From: an uncultured Methylophaga sp.
Lineage (GTDB): Bacteria > Pseudomonadota > Gammaproteobacteria > Nitrosococcales > Methylophagaceae
Reading direction: 5' to 3'
Assembly: GCA_964474075.1 (NCBI GenBank)
Contig: CAYYRO010000001.1
Span: 5,797-61,703 of the forward strand
DNA length: 55,907 bases
Shown: positions 11,523 to 25,409 of the stretch, piece after piece
Numbering within the stretch: the first letter of the stretch is position 1
How the letters are laid out: each line of letters starts with the position of its first letter
The notes under the pieces: generated by a model
Database searches by the model: none
Told to the model about the DNA's origin: nothing
Seen by the model: the letters and a program-made list of their open reading frames with translations, nothing else
Translations under genes and position numbers: made by a program

Positions 11523-12298
11523 TTGATTTTATTCGGATGCTGGGCCGCTGGGCATTAGGCACGTTAGAACGACTGGGGCGTGCAACACTTTTGTTGGTAC
11601 AGATTCTTGCCGGCATTCCCGAATTAATGATGCGTTTTTCATTGGTCGTCCAGCAATTATTTTACGTCGGCGTATTGTCAGTACTCATTATTGTGGTATC
11701 GGGTTTATTTGTCGGCATGGTGTTGGGCCTGCAGGGGTACAATACACTGGTTGATTTTGGTGCCGAAGAATCTTTAGGTGTCCTGGTATCGTTGTCATTG
11801 GTGCGTGAACTGGGACCGGTGGTCAGTGCTTTATTGTTTGCAGGGCGTGCCGGCTCTGCTTTGACGGCGGAAGTTGGCCTGATGAAAAGTACCGAACAAT
11901 TGTCCGGCATGGAAATGATGGCGGTGGACCCGGTTCGCCGGGTGATTGCGCCACGTTTTCTGGCTGGGGTAATTTCGATGCCATTGCTGGCGGCCATGTT
12001 CAGCGCGGTCGGCGTATTAGGCGCGTTTTTGGTCGGTCATGGTTTATTAGGTGTTGATGATGGTGCGTTTTGGTCACAAATGCAGGCCAAAACCGATTGG
12101 TATGAAGATATTTTAAATGGCGTCATCAAAAGTATTGTGTTTGGTTTTGTAGTGACCTGGATTGCTTTGTTTGAAGGCTATGATGCGGCACCAACGTCAG
12201 AGGGCGTGGGTCGATCAACAACGCGCACGGTAGTGCACTCAGCGTTTGCCATTCTGGGACTGGATTTTGTATTGACAGCGTTGATGTTTGGAGAATAA
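11519..12298 (+). CDS. mlaE: Phospholipid ABC transporter permease
   Basis: [35 protein letters not shown]. Confidence 0.96.
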   Translation: MIDFIRMLGRWALGTLERLGRATLLLVQILAGIPELMMRFSLVVQQLFYVGVLSVLIIVVSGLFVGMVLGLQGYNTLVDFGAEESLGVLVSLSLVRELGPVVSALLFAGRAGSALTAEVGLMKSTEQLSGMEMMAVDPVRRVIAPRFLAGVISMPLLAAMFSAVGVLGAFLVGHGLLGVDDGAFWSQMQAKTDWYEDILNGVIKSIVFGFVVTWIALFEGYDAAPTSEGVGRSTTRTVVHSAFAILGLDFVLTALMFGE

Positions 12299-12302
12299 GA
12301 AA

Positions 12303-12767
12303 ATGATTCAAAGTAAGCAAACCGAAATTCTGGTCGGCCTGTTTGTTGCCGCAGGTTTAGCGGCGCTGTTTATGCTGGCAATGAAAGTTAGCAACCTGGG
12401 CGATTTCACTGATGAAAAGGGTTATCAGGTAACGGCCAATTTCCAGAATATCGGTGGTCTAAAGCCACGCTCACCAGTCTCAATGGCTGGTGTACGGGTA
12501 GGTCGTGTTGCCGATATTAAATTGGATCCGGAAACTTATGATGCGGTAGTGACACTCAATATCTATCCGCAGTACGACAATATTCCGCTGGACACATCTG
12601 CGAGTATTTTCACTGCAGGTTTGCTTGGCGAACAATATATCGGTTTGGAAGCAGGTGCTGATGATTTTTATCTAGCTGACGGTGATGAAATTACGCTGAC
12701 CCAGCCAGCGGTGGTGCTGGAGCAAATTATTGGTCAATTCTTATACAGTAAGGCAGAAGGTGAATAA
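12303..12767 (+). CDS. mlaD: MCE-domain protein MlaD
   Basis: N-terminal TM; FQNIGGLKPRSPV.MAGV.VG.V, TAGLLGEQYI; ATG after GGAG. Confidence 0.95.
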   Translation: MIQSKQTEILVGLFVAAGLAALFMLAMKVSNLGDFTDEKGYQVTANFQNIGGLKPRSPVSMAGVRVGRVADIKLDPETYDAVVTLNIYPQYDNIPLDTSASIFTAGLLGEQYIGLEAGADDFYLADGDEITLTQPAVVLEQIIGQFLYSKAEGE

Positions 12768-13405
12768 TGATGCAACTGATAAAAACTTTTAAAATCAGCG
12801 TATTGCTATTGGCAGCAATGCTGATGACAGTTGCTGGAGGCAATGTTCGCGCAGAAGAAATGCCGGTACCACAAGCTCTGGTAAAAAAAGCGTCTGACGA
12901 TATGTTGTTGGCGTTGGCAGTTCATGAAGCTGAACTGGAAGCCAATCCCAGCAAAATTTATGACTTGGTAGAAGAAATTCTGATCCCGAATTTTGATTTT
13001 GCCCGTATGGCAAAACTGGCTTTGGGCAAAAACTGGAACAGTATCAACGAAGAACAACAAGCCCAATTTGTAGAAGAGTTCCGGGTATTACTGGTGCGTA
13101 CCTATTCAACCGCCATGCTGGAGTACACCGATGAGGAAATCCGTTTTCTGCCATTTCGTGACGATTTGAGCAAAAGACGCGTTGATGTACCTATGGAAGT
13201 AGTGCAAAGCGGCGGTCCCGGTATTCCGATGACCTTGTCTTTGTATCTGAATGCGGCCGGGGAATGGAAAGTTTACGATGTCAAAATCGAAGGCATCAGC
13301 CTGGTCACCAATTATCGTTCAACGTTTAGCCGCGATATCAATAATGGTGGCATCGACAAGCTGATTGAAGACTTGTCGCAGCGTAATCAAAAAGCGAAGT
13401 CATGA
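12767..13405 (+). CDS. mlaC: Periplasmic phospholipid-binding protein
   Basis: Signal peptide; FDFARMAKLALG, WKVYDVKIEGISLVTNYRSTF. Confidence 0.93.
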   Translation: MMQLIKTFKISVLLLAAMLMTVAGGNVRAEEMPVPQALVKKASDDMLLALAVHEAELEANPSKIYDLVEEILIPNFDFARMAKLALGKNWNSINEEQQAQFVEEFRVLLVRTYSTAMLEYTDEEIRFLPFRDDLSKRRVDVPMEVVQSGGPGIPMTLSLYLNAAGEWKVYDVKIEGISLVTNYRSTFSRDINNGGIDKLIEDLSQRNQKAKS

Positions 13406-13710
13406 GTATCACGCTGGACAATACTGCCCAGTGTTTGCGCGTCAGTGGCGATTTAACGATTGACGCGGTGCCGGATTATCTCAAACAAAGCGAAGCAATG
13501 TTTGGCGAACTGGCAGACTTACATATCGATTTGTCTGCGGTTACCCGCAGTGACAGTGCCGGGCTTGCATTATTGATTCGCTGGATGCGTGAAGCCAGGG
13601 CCAGTGATAAAAACATTGTGTTTGAAGAGATGCCGGCACAAATGCTGGCGATGGCAGAAGCCAGTGGACTGGATACGATTCTGCCTTTACAAACAAAGCG
13701 TGCATTATGA
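13402..13710 (+). CDS. mlaB: STAS-domain protein MlaB
   Basis: IDLSAVTRSDSAGLALL motif; position in the operon. Confidence 0.9.
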   Translation: MSITLDNTAQCLRVSGDLTIDAVPDYLKQSEAMFGELADLHIDLSAVTRSDSAGLALLIRWMREARASDKNIVFEEMPAQMLAMAEASGLDTILPLQTKRAL

Positions 13711-13928
13711 AAGCCACAGATATCAAAGAATTAATCGAACAGGGCCTGCCGGGTGCTGAAGTACAAGTATTAGGTGATGATGGCCAGCATTTTGATGCCA
13801 TTGTGACCAGCCCGGCATTTGCCGGTAAGAGCCTTATTGAGCAGCATCGAATGGTCAAAGCGACGTTAGGTGATAAATTCAGTAGTGGTGAACTACATGC
13901 ATTATCCCTGAAGACCCGCGCCAGCTAA
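13707..13928 (+). CDS. ibaG: BolA/IbaG family protein
   Basis: DGQHF..IV.S.AFAGKSLIEQHRMV, LHALSL; mlaB-bolA-murA synteny. Confidence 0.88.
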   Translation: MKATDIKELIEQGLPGAEVQVLGDDGQHFDAIVTSPAFAGKSLIEQHRMVKATLGDKFSSGELHALSLKTRAS

Positions 13929-13942
13929 GCGCCCGCTGTTAA

Positions 13943-15874
<1,932 letters not shown>

Positions 15875-15875
<1 letters not shown>

Positions 15876-17176
15876 TGTTTGAAGTAAGTCGATTAAATTT
15901 TCAGCAAGCCGATTTCTGGACCAAACTCTCAGATTTATTGGCCTGGGAGGGTGTTTCTGATACCGCTGTCACCGATACTGTCCGTCATATTCTGGCTGAT
16001 GTGAAACAGCGTGGTGATGCGGCGGTCGTTGAATACAGCCAAAAATTTGATCGCGTCAAAGCAACTGAATTATCAGATTTGGAAATTCCGCTGGAGCGGG
16101 CAAAGGCCTCGCTGAAATCTATCCCGGCACCTCAGCGTGAAGCGCTGGAAAAAGCGGCTGAACGGGTACGCCGCTATCACCAGCATCAAAAACAGGAATC
16201 CTGGCAATATACCGAAGCGGATGGCACGGTATTAGGCCAGCAGGTTACGCCACTGGATCGCGCCGGTTTATATGTACCGGGCGGTAAAGCGGCTTATCCG
16301 TCATCGGTCTTAATGAACGCGATTCCGGCTAAAGTCGCTGGTGTCAAAGAATTGATCATGGTGGTGCCAACGCCGGATGATGAAGTCAATGAATTGGTGC
16401 TCGCGGCGGCGGCGATTGCTGGTGTGGATCGGATCTTTGCTATTGGTGGTGCGCAGGCGGTTGCCGCGATGGCTTATGGCACCGAGACGATCCCTCAGGT
16501 TGATAAGATTGTCGGACCGGGTAATATTTTCGTTGCTACGGCAAAAGGTATGGTTTTTGGTACGGTGGGGATCGATATGATTGCCGGCCCGTCAGAAATC
16601 CTGGTGATTTGTGATGGCAAAACCGATCCGGACTGGATAGCCATGGATTTGTTTTCACAAGCCGAACATGATGAAGATGCGCAGGCCATTTTAGTCTCTC
16701 CGGATGCCGAATTCCTCGATAAAGTCGCGGCGTCAATTGAAAAACTGCTGCCGACTATGGAACGTGAAGCGATGATTCGCACCTCGCTGGGTAATCGCGG
16801 CGCTTTGATTCAGGTGACCGATATGGCAGAGGCAGTCGAAGTCGCCAACTTTATTGCTGCCGAACATTTGGAATTATCGGTCGATAATGCGGCCGATATG
16901 GCCAAACAAATCCGCCATGCCGGTGCGATTTTTATGGGCCGTTATACGCCGGAAGCACTCGGCGATTACTGCGCCGGCCCCAATCACGTTTTGCCGACTT
17001 CTCGAACAGCGCGTTTCAGCTCGCCGCTGGGCGTATATGATTTTCAAAAACGTTCCAGCCTGATCCAGGTGTCAGCAGAAGGCGCACAAACGCTGGGCAA
17101 AATTGCTTCAGTTTTAGCGCGTGGTGAGAGTCTGACTGCGCATGCCCGTAGCGCTGAATATCGTTTAAAAGATTGA
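15875..17176 (+). CDS. hisD: Histidinol dehydrogenase
   Basis: [36 protein letters not shown]. Confidence 0.98.
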
Positions 17177-17177
17177 T

Positions 17178-18233
17178 ATGAGCCGTTTCTGGAGTGATTT
17201 TGTCCATAAGCTGGAGCCGTATGTGCCGGGTGAACAACCGCGCGGCGCTAATCTGGTCAAACTCAATACCAATGAAAACCCATTCGGACCATCACCGAAA
17301 GTTATCGACGCCATTCGAATGGCGGCAACTGATCGTTTGCGCTTGTATCCGGTGCCGGATGGTGGGGCTTTAAAACAAACGATTGCTGATTATCATAAAG
17401 TGGACAGCAGCAATGTATTTGTTGGCAATGGTTCCGATGAAGTGTTGGCGCATGTGTTTTATGGTTTGTTTAAACACCCACAGCCGATTTTATTTCCGGA
17501 TATTACCTATAGCTTTTACCCGGTATATTGCCAGCTGTACGGCATTGATTTTCAGACCATCGCTTTAGACGAAGATTTTTCGCTGAATATTGCTGATTAT
17601 CATCAGCCTAACGGCGGTATTATTTTTCCGAACCCCAATGCGCCTACCGGCCGTTTATTGGCGCTCAACGACATTGAAACGTTGTTAAAAACCAATACTG
17701 AGTCGGTTGTGGTCGTTGATGAAGCCTATATCGATTTTGGTGGTGAATCGGCGATCCCGTTGACCCAGCAATATCCGAATTTACTGGTCACACAAAGTTT
17801 GTCGAAATCACGTTCGCTCGCAGGTATGCGCATTGGTTTTGCCATTGGCCATGCCGATTTAATCGAGGCGCTGGTTCGTGTTAAAGACAGTTTTAACTCC
17901 TATCCGCTGGACAGTTTGGCGATTGCCGCCGGAGTTGCTGCGTTTGAAGACAGAGCATATTTTGAGGACTGCCGCAAAACGGTTATCGCTGAACGTGATT
18001 TGGTCATTACCGCTATGCAGGAAATGGGGTTTGAGGTTCTACCCTCATCGGCCAATTTTGTGTTTGCCAGACACCCGCAACATGATGCGAAAGAATTAGC
18101 CGCATCGCTGCGTGAGAAAGGCATTATTATCCGGCACTTTAACAAGCCGCGTATTGATCAGTTTTTGCGGATCACTATCGGCACACACACTGAGAATCAA
18201 TTGCTGCTCAGCGAATTGGATGTGCTGGTTTAA
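17178..18233 (+). CDS. hisC: Histidinol-phosphate aminotransferase
   Basis: [42 protein letters not shown]. Confidence 0.96.
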   Translation: MSRFWSDFVHKLEPYVPGEQPRGANLVKLNTNENPFGPSPKVIDAIRMAATDRLRLYPVPDGGALKQTIADYHKVDSSNVFVGNGSDEVLAHVFYGLFKHPQPILFPDITYSFYPVYCQLYGIDFQTIALDEDFSLNIADYHQPNGGIIFPNPNAPTGRLLALNDIETLLKTNTESVVVVDEAYIDFGGESAIPLTQQYPNLLVTQSLSKSRSLAGMRIGFAIGHADLIEALVRVKDSFNSYPLDSLAIAAGVAAFEDRAYFEDCRKTVIAERDLVITAMQEMGFEVLPSSANFVFARHPQHDAKELAASLREKGIIIRHFNKPRIDQFLRITIGTHTENQLLLSELDVLV

Positions 18234-18895
18234 CGCTGACGAATACTCAGTAATTCATTTAGTCGTTGGCGATCTTGCTCGTATTGTTGACTGAGCATCA
18301 TGATTTCCGCTTCAAGTTCATGAATCATCATCTGGTTATTACTTAATTCCTGCTCAGCTGCCGTGAGTCTTTTCTGTAGATTTTCAGTAACCGTTTCACC
18401 GTTGAGTTCTTTTTCGGCAGCTTGTTGCTGGACCTCGGCCAGTCTTTGCTCAAGCGCTGGTTGCTTTTCGGTAAGTGCCTTCAACCGGTCTTGACGGTAG
18501 CTGAGATCCTTATCGCGGGCGGCAAGCAATTCATCCTCTGACTGATAAATATTCAGCAGATTTTGATCATGCAGGCTTTGCTGGCGTTTTAAGATTGCTG
18601 CCTGTTTTGCTTCGGCTGCGGCGGTTTGTTGAGCTGCCTGTTCAGCAGCCTTGCGTTCCGCTTGTTCAGCCAGTTCCGCTTCGGTTAACGGGGGCGGTAC
18701 CCGTTCAATTAAACGCATGGTTTGATCATCGAGAATATCGTAGCCTTGTTGCGCGGCTTCCGGTGGCAGTGTTTTACTGAGCGTAGGCGTACCGCTTTCG
18801 TCATTAAAGCGGAATAATTGACCGGCATAAACGCTGGTAGTGGCCAGACAAAAACTTAATAAAAAGCTGCTGCACAGCAGGCGTTTGCGTATCAT
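18230..18895 (-). CDS. Secreted hypothetical protein: DUF4124-like N-terminus plus long coiled coil
   Basis: Signal peptide; LFRFNDESG...SKTLPP; Q/E/A-rich heptad region. Confidence 0.65.
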   Translation of the reverse strand: MIRKRLLCSSFLLSFCLATTSVYAGQLFRFNDESGTPTLSKTLPPEAAQQGYDILDDQTMRLIERVPPPLTEAELAEQAERKAAEQAAQQTAAAEAKQAAILKRQQSLHDQNLLNIYQSEDELLAARDKDLSYRQDRLKALTEKQPALEQRLAEVQQQAAEKELNGETVTENLQKRLTAAEQELSNNQMMIHELEAEIMMLSQQYEQDRQRLNELLSIRQR

Positions 18896-18929
18896 CCTAA
18901 TTCTCCCACTCGATAAAACGGCTTAAACT

Positions 18930-19691
18930 TTGACACTGCTCGAGCATTGTATTCTGTTTGTTATTTCTCTGCTGGCCAATACCTTTTCAGCCCTGAGTGG
19001 CGGCGGTGCGGGTTTGATTCAGTTTCCGGTGTTGATTTTTCTGGGCTTAAGTTTTGCGGTGGCACTGGCCACCCACAAAGTCGCCAGTGTGGCGCTCGGT
19101 GTGGGTGCAGCTTTGCGTTATATGTCGACCAGCCGTTTGGAACGACAGTTTGTTTTGCTTTTGTTGATAGCTGGTCTGCCGGGAGTGGTGCTGGGTGGTA
19201 GTCTGATTTTACTGGTACCGGATCGTATCGCCGAGATTGCCTTAGGTCTATTAACGGGCAGTTTAGGCATTTACTCGTACTTAAAACCGCAACTGGGTCA
19301 GGATTATCAGCCTGTGCACCGGGATTTAGCAGGCTATTTACGCGGCGGTTTGATGTTGTTTTTTCTGGGCATCTTAAACGGTTCGCTGACGTCCGGTACC
19401 GGCTTATTTGTTACGTTATGGCTGGTGTTATGGTTTGGTATGGATTATCAGCGGGCGGTCGCTTATACGCTGATCATGGTCGGATTATTCTGGAATGGTG
19501 CCGGTGCCATTACTTTGGGCATACTCGGTGATATTCGCTGGGACTGGTTGCCCGCTTTATTGCTGGGGTCTTTAATCGGCGGTTATTTAGGCTCACATTT
19601 AGCGCTGCGCTGGGGCAATCGCTGGATCAAACGTTGTTTTGAGGTTGTGACGGTGCTTATCGCTTTACGGTTGATTATTGGGCCGGTTTAA
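18930..19691 (+). CDS. TauE/SafE (TSUP) family membrane transporter
   Basis: [13 protein letters not shown], about 8 TM segments, [10 protein letters not shown]; TTG start. Confidence 0.85.
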   Translation: MTLLEHCILFVISLLANTFSALSGGGAGLIQFPVLIFLGLSFAVALATHKVASVALGVGAALRYMSTSRLERQFVLLLLIAGLPGVVLGGSLILLVPDRIAEIALGLLTGSLGIYSYLKPQLGQDYQPVHRDLAGYLRGGLMLFFLGILNGSLTSGTGLFVTLWLVLWFGMDYQRAVAYTLIMVGLFWNGAGAITLGILGDIRWDWLPALLLGSLIGGYLGSHLALRWGNRWIKRCFEVVTVLIALRLIIGPV

Positions 19692-20329
19692 ACGCCGTAT
19701 TCTTTGCGATATGCAGAGACAGCATCTCGATGGTTTTGCAGTTCAGCTTGGCCATCAAGGTATTGCAGTAAATCCGCCAGACAGATAATGCTGATAACCG
19801 GAATACCATAATCAGCTTCCACCTGTGCAATGGCTGATTTTTCAGTTTTGCCACGTTCCTGACGATCCAGCGCGATCACTACGCCGGCAGGTTCAGCGCC
19901 AGCAGCTCGGATCATGGCGACTGATTCACCAACTGACGTGCCGGCAGAAATAACATCATCGATAATCAATACTTTGCCGGTGAGCGGCGCACCGACCAGT
20001 TGGCCGCCTTCACCGTGATCTTTGGCTTCTTTGCGGTTAAACGCATAAGGGATATCAATCTGATGCTGATCCGCGAGCGCAATCGCTGTCGTCGATGCCA
20101 GCGGAATACCTTTATAAGCGGGGCCAAACAACACATCAAAGTCTAAACCGCTATCAACGATTCGCTGCGCATAAAAACGGCCTAACTGCGCCAGACTGGC
20201 GCCACTGTTAAACAGGCCACTGTTAAAAAAATACGGGCTTTGCCGGCCGGATTTCAGCGTGAAGCTGCCAAAGCGCAGCACACCCGTTTTAAGGGCAAAT
20301 TCGATAAAGTCGTGTTGATATTTTTTCAT
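19688..20329 (-). CDS. pyrE: Orotate phosphoribosyltransferase
   Basis: [38 protein letters not shown]. Confidence 0.97.
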   Translation of the reverse strand: MKKYQHDFIEFALKTGVLRFGSFTLKSGRQSPYFFNSGLFNSGASLAQLGRFYAQRIVDSGLDFDVLFGPAYKGIPLASTTAIALADQHQIDIPYAFNRKEAKDHGEGGQLVGAPLTGKVLIIDDVISAGTSVGESVAMIRAAGAEPAGVVIALDRQERGKTEKSAIAQVEADYGIPVISIICLADLLQYLDGQAELQNHRDAVSAYRKEYGV

Positions 20330-20330
20330 G

Positions 20331-20933
20331 TTATTTGTATTGGTTTTGCACCAGATAAACGGCGGTTTCGCCAAACAGGTTAGGTAGCAGGCGAATGGCT
20401 AACGTGTCTTTATATTCGTGATTGACGACACTGCGACTGATAATGTTGAACTGATTATCACGGCATAACTGCTCAAAATCCCGGATCGTGCACAGATGGA
20501 TATTTGGCGTATCAAACCAGTGATTGGGCAGGCTTTTGGAGACCGGCATATGACCGCCCAGACTCAATTGCCAACGGCACTGCCAGTGACCAAAGTTTGG
20601 GAAGCCGATAATACCGTGGCGGCCAACGCGCATGATTTCCTGCAATAAAAAGTCCGGGCGTTTAATCGCCTGCAGCGTTTGCGACAAAATCACATAATCA
20701 AAACTCTGATCGGCAAATTGGCTGAGCCCTTCATCCAAATCTGCCTGAATGACATTGATGCCGGCACGCAGACAATCAGCGAATTTGCTGTTATCAATTT
20801 CAAGACCATAGCCGGTGACTTTGCGTTCTTGCAGATGATTGAGCAGCGTGCCATTGCCGCAACCCAAATCGAGCACGCTGGCACCATCCGGGATCCAGTC
20901 ACTGATGATCTGTAAATCGACGCGTAATGTCAT
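20331..20933 (-). CDS. metW: Methionine biosynthesis protein MetW
   Basis: [31 protein letters not shown]; follows metX. Confidence 0.95.
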   Translation of the reverse strand: MTLRVDLQIISDWIPDGASVLDLGCGNGTLLNHLQERKVTGYGLEIDNSKFADCLRAGINVIQADLDEGLSQFADQSFDYVILSQTLQAIKRPDFLLQEIMRVGRHGIIGFPNFGHWQCRWQLSLGGHMPVSKSLPNHWFDTPNIHLCTIRDFEQLCRDNQFNIISRSVVNHEYKDTLAIRLLPNLFGETAVYLVQNQYK

Positions 20934-22093
20934 CAGCTGTTCACCTCTTTGGCAACTTGCTGCATATAGGTACCAAAAATTTCCATATAACGCGGTATCG
21001 GCATTAAAAACGCATCATGACCCTGATGGGCTTCAATTTCGGCATAACTGACCTGTTTACCGGCACTGAGCAGGGCATCGACAATTTCCAGTGATCGCAG
21101 CGGCGAAAACCGCCAGTCACTGGTAAATGACATCACCAGCGTTTTGGCTTTAATACCCTGCATGGTGGCATTCAGATCATCATCAAAGGCTTTGGCGGGA
21201 TCAAAATAATCCAGTGCTTTGGTCATCAGCAAATAGGTATTGGCATCAAAGCGCTCGACAAAACTGGAGCTTTGATAACGCAGATAACTTTCGATTTGGA
21301 ATTCGACGTCGTAACCATATTGGATCTGGCCACTGCGCAGCTCCCGGCCAAATTTCTGGCCCATCGCTTCATCTGATAAATAGGTGATATGGCCGAGCAT
21401 CCGCGCCAAACCAAGACCTTGCCGGGGCAGGGTATCGTGTTCGGCGTAATAACCATTATGGAAATCCGGATCGGATTTAATGGCCGTGCGTGCCACTTCA
21501 TTAAAAGCAATATTTTGCGCCGATAATTTTGGCGCGGCGGCAATGATTAAGGCATGGCGAACGCGATCCGGCAAAGATATCGCCCATTGCATTGCCTGCA
21601 TACCGCCCAGACTGCCGCCAATCACAGCGGCCCATTGTTGGATACCCAAAGAATCAGCCAAAATTGCCTGACTGTTGACCCAATCGGTGACAGTCACAAT
21701 CGGAAAATCCGGGCCATAAAGTTTGCCGGTTTCCGGATTCAGTGTATTGGGCCCGGAAGAGCCTTTGCAGCCTCCGAGGTTATTCGGGCAAACCACAAAA
21801 AACTCATTGGTATCAATGACTTTTCCAGGACCAATGGCACTGTCCCACCAGCCGGGCTTTTTATCATCGAGACTGTGATAGCCGGCAGCGTGATGATCGC
21901 CGGATAAGGCATGACAAATCAGTACCGCATTCGACTTGTCAGCATTAAGCTCGCCGTAAGTTTCATAAACCAGATCAAATTGCGACAGACTGCGACCACA
22001 ATCCAAAGACAGTGGCTCAGTTATATGCAGAGTTTGTGGATTGACGAGGCCAACCGAATCGGCCGGCAGATTATCGGGCATAACAGCGGTCAT
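20933..22093 (-). CDS. metX: Homoserine O-acyltransferase
   Basis: [27 protein letters not shown]. Confidence 0.96.
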   Translation of the reverse strand: MTAVMPDNLPADSVGLVNPQTLHITEPLSLDCGRSLSQFDLVYETYGELNADKSNAVLICHALSGDHHAAGYHSLDDKKPGWWDSAIGPGKVIDTNEFFVVCPNNLGGCKGSSGPNTLNPETGKLYGPDFPIVTVTDWVNSQAILADSLGIQQWAAVIGGSLGGMQAMQWAISLPDRVRHALIIAAAPKLSAQNIAFNEVARTAIKSDPDFHNGYYAEHDTLPRQGLGLARMLGHITYLSDEAMGQKFGRELRSGQIQYGYDVEFQIESYLRYQSSSFVERFDANTYLLMTKALDYFDPAKAFDDDLNATMQGIKAKTLVMSFTSDWRFSPLRSLEIVDALLSAGKQVSYAEIEAHQGHDAFLMPIPRYMEIFGTYMQQVAKEVNS

Positions 22094-22139
22094 CTGAGTA
22101 GTAAGCGGGCATTTTAATCAGCAACTGGCTGCCAAGCAA

Positions 22140-22706
22140 TCAAACACTGCCGGTCAGCAGTGGCAGCACGAGCATCGATAGCACTTGCAAACCAATAATG
22201 ACGACCAGCGGCGATAAGTCCAGACCACCCATATCAGGCAGCATTCGCCGTACGGGATTGAGTAATGGAGCGTTGAGCCGCACCAGCAACTCGGTCATCG
22301 GGTTATAGCTGCCTTGAGGTGTCAGCCAGCTGAGCACCACTTCGATGATGATAGTCACTGTAAACAGAGTGATAAACAGCGTAAATACTTCGGCAAGCGT
22401 AAATGGAATCAGCGCCAGAATACCTGGCACATTGCCCTGCAAGGCTGAAATCAGAATCATTTTTAACAAACCGATCAACAGTAATAAGACCAGCACTGCA
22501 GTATCCAGTCTACCGACAGGCGGTAGAACGGTTCGCATGGGTTGAACTAAAGGCTGGGTCGCGCGTATCACCATCTGTGTCAGAGGTTGATTGGTTGGCC
22601 AGTGAATCCAGGGCATGAGCAACCGTAGCGCCACAATCAGCATATATAAGAAGAATAGCGTATCGATAATAAATATCAGCGGATTGCTGAAATAACCGTT
22701 AGTCAT
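22140..22706 (-). CDS. yggT: YggT family membrane protein
   Basis: Two YGGT repeats (LPPVGRLD and DMGGLDLSP); proC-yggS synteny. Confidence 0.9.
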   Translation of the reverse strand: MTNGYFSNPLIFIIDTLFFLYMLIVALRLLMPWIHWPTNQPLTQMVIRATQPLVQPMRTVLPPVGRLDTAVLVLLLLIGLLKMILISALQGNVPGILALIPFTLAEVFTLFITLFTVTIIIEVVLSWLTPQGSYNPMTELLVRLNAPLLNPVRRMLPDMGGLDLSPLVVIIGLQVLSMLVLPLLTGSV

Positions 22707-23532
22707 GATCTTGTCCCAGTTGATCACCAAGTTCGCGGGCACGCAATGCTGCAGCCACTAATGCATTTTCAAATAAACCATGCAGACCGCCGTCTTCCAG
22801 TTCATGAATGGCACGTTCGGTGGTACCGCCCGGTGACGTAACTTGCTGACGAAGCTGGTTGGCCGGTACGCCACTCTCCAATGCCATTTTGGCGGCGCCA
22901 AATGCCGTTTCTAAACACAGTAGACGGGCTGTTTCCTGCGGTAAACCTAACTCGATGGCGGCATTTTCCATCGCTTCCATCACCAAAAAGAAATAAGCCG
23001 GACCACTGCCAGATAATGCAGTGACGGCGTCCATTTTAGTTTCATCATCGAGCCAAATTGCTAAACCAACAGCTCGCAAAATCGCTTCGGCCTGCTCTCG
23101 TTGCTGATGACTGACCTGATCATTGGCATATAATGCAGTGGCGCCGGCCTGCACCAAAGACGGTGTATTCGGCATGGCACGAACAATTGCTGCCGCAGGT
23201 TGCTGTAACCAACGGCTCAGATCGCTGAGACGGATGCCAGCCGCAATCGAGATTAATACCGCATTGGCAGGCCAAACGGTGGACAGTGATTTGACCATAT
23301 CCTGCATTTGCTGTGGTTTGACGGCCAGCACAATGACCTCAGCGGATTGCACAGCACTCGCTAAGTCATTATGAACCTGAACGTCATAATCCTGCTGTAA
23401 AGCCTTTAGTACGTTGAGTTGTGTATCCAGCACATGGACTTGTTCTGCTGGCAGTCCGTCAGCAACGAGACCACCAATCAGACTGCGTGCCATATTGCCG
23501 CCGCCGATAAAAACAATTTTGCCGTTATTCAT
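22699..23532 (-). CDS. proC: Pyrroline-5-carboxylate reductase
   Basis: FIGGGNMA, RAMPNTP, SGSGPAY, VTSPGGTT. Confidence 0.97.
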   Translation of the reverse strand: MNNGKIVFIGGGNMARSLIGGLVADGLPAEQVHVLDTQLNVLKALQQDYDVQVHNDLASAVQSAEVIVLAVKPQQMQDMVKSLSTVWPANAVLISIAAGIRLSDLSRWLQQPAAAIVRAMPNTPSLVQAGATALYANDQVSHQQREQAEAILRAVGLAIWLDDETKMDAVTALSGSGPAYFFLVMEAMENAAIELGLPQETARLLCLETAFGAAKMALESGVPANQLRQQVTSPGGTTERAIHELEDGGLHGLFENALVAAALRARELGDQLGQDHD

Positions 23533-23576
23533 AGAGTTGTCTTACCTAAAATCTGGTTTGCCCAGTGTACTGTTTA

Positions 23577-24272
23577 TCATGGTTTCTGTGTATGCCGCTG
23601 GCCAAATAATGCCGTACCTATCCGCACCATAGTGCTGCCCTCGATAACTGCAGCAGTTAGATCACCCGACATACCCATCGACAATGTATCGATGTTCGGA
23701 AATTGAGATTGTAACGCCTGATACTGCTCAAAGCTGCGCCTGAAAGCATCATGTTGTGCATCAACATCATCAGTCGCTTTCGGGATCACCATCAGACCGC
23801 GTAGCTGCAAATTTGGCAGCTTATGCACCTCTGTTGCCAATTCCATTAACGCATCGACGGTAATACCGGCTTTGCTGACCTCATCATCAATGTTGACCTG
23901 TAAACAAATATTCAGCGGCGGTAAATTATCGGGACGCTGTTCGCTGAGACGCTTGGCGATTTTTAAACGATCGACACTGTGTACCCAGTCAAAATGTTCA
24001 GCAATATCACGGGTTTTATTGGATTGAATGGGCCCTATAAAATGCCAGGTTAGGGGTAAATCACTTAGATCAGTGATTTTGTTCAGCGCTTCCTGTAAGT
24101 AATTTTCGCCAAAATTCTGCTGGCCGGCCAGTGCCAGTTCTCGCAGCTTTTCAGCTGGCCAGGTTTTACTTACGGCCAGCAGTTTTACTGAATTATCCGG
24201 ACGATTTGCAGCCTTTTCAGCATCACGAATTTGCTGCAAAACGTTTTGTAGATGATTTTTTATCTCTGCCAT
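23577..24272 (-). CDS. yggS: PLP homeostasis protein
   Basis: LLAVSKT, FGENY.QE, WHFIGPIQSNK, LSMGMSGD, VRIGTALFG; start at MAEIKN. Confidence 0.95.
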   Translation of the reverse strand: MAEIKNHLQNVLQQIRDAEKAANRPDNSVKLLAVSKTWPAEKLRELALAGQQNFGENYLQEALNKITDLSDLPLTWHFIGPIQSNKTRDIAEHFDWVHSVDRLKIAKRLSEQRPDNLPPLNICLQVNIDDEVSKAGITVDALMELATEVHKLPNLQLRGLMVIPKATDDVDAQHDAFRRSFEQYQALQSQFPNIDTLSMGMSGDLTAAVIEGSTMVRIGTALFGQRHTQKP

Positions 24273-24362
24273 GTTGCAAGCCTTCTGAGAGCGCGATACC
24301 TTAGCTATATCGACTGTTCGGTCAATGGCCGGTAACAAACATTTCATTATTAGGGAAAGCCC

Positions 24363-25400
24363 ATGGATATTACTGAATTGCTGACCTTCAGCGCAAAGAA
24401 TAATGCGTCGGATCTGCATATTTCCTCTGGGGAGCCACCGATGATCCGGGTCGATGGTGATGTGAAACGTATCAATCTGCCGCCAATGGAACACAAAGAA
24501 GTGCACGGCATGATTTACGACATCATGAACGATAAGCAGCGAAAGGACTTCGAGGAGTTTCTGGAGGCTGATTTTTCGTTTGAAGTGCCTAATCTGGCCC
24601 GGTTCCGGGTCAATGCTTTTAATCAGAATCGCGGGGCGGCGGCCGTTTTCCGGACGATCCCTTCAGTTGTTTTAACACTCGAGCAATTGGGCGCGCCCGA
24701 AATCTTCAAACAAATTTCAGATAATCATCGCGGTATTGTGCTGGTGACGGGGCCAACCGGTAGTGGTAAATCAACCACGCTGGCAGCGATGATTAACTAT
24801 CGGAACGAGAAAGATAATGAACATATCCTGACCATTGAAGATCCCATCGAATTTGTACATAAAAGTAAAAAATGTCTGATTAACCAACGTGAGGTACATC
24901 GCGATACGTTGGGTTTTAGTGAAGCACTGCGCAGTGCTCTGCGGGAAGATCCGGATATTATTCTGGTGGGTGAGCTGCGTGATTTGGAAACTATTCGCCT
25001 GGCATTAACTGCTGCAGAAACCGGCCATTTGGTGTTTGGTACCCTGCATACCTCGTCTGCTGCTAAGACCATTGATCGTATTATTGACGTATTTCCAGCG
25101 GCTGAAAAAGATATGGTGCGCTCGATGTTGTCGGAGTCTTTACGAGCGGTTATTTCGCAAACCCTGTTGAAAAAAGTGGGGGGTGGCCGTATTGCCGCGC
25201 ATGAAATTATGATTGGCACCCCCGCGATTCGTAACCTGATTCGTGAAGATAAAGTACCGCAAATGTACTCTGCCATACAGACCGGGGCGTCAATTGGTAT
25301 GCAAACTTTGGATCAATGTTTACAGGAAATGGTGCGCCGCCAACAAATTACCAAAGCAGAAGCCCTGCCGCGCGCAGTCAACAAAGACCTGTTCCGTTAG
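24363..25400 (+). CDS. pilT: Type IV pilus retraction ATPase
   Basis: GPTGSGKSTT, LREDPD, AIRNLIRE motif. Confidence 0.97.
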   Translation: MDITELLTFSAKNNASDLHISSGEPPMIRVDGDVKRINLPPMEHKEVHGMIYDIMNDKQRKDFEEFLEADFSFEVPNLARFRVNAFNQNRGAAAVFRTIPSVVLTLEQLGAPEIFKQISDNHRGIVLVTGPTGSGKSTTLAAMINYRNEKDNEHILTIEDPIEFVHKSKKCLINQREVHRDTLGFSEALRSALREDPDIILVGELRDLETIRLALTAAETGHLVFGTLHTSSAAKTIDRIIDVFPAAEKDMVRSMLSESLRAVISQTLLKKVGGGRIAAHEIMIGTPAIRNLIREDKVPQMYSAIQTGASIGMQTLDQCLQEMVRRQQITKAEALPRAVNKDLFR

Positions 25401-25409
25401 GAGACTATT

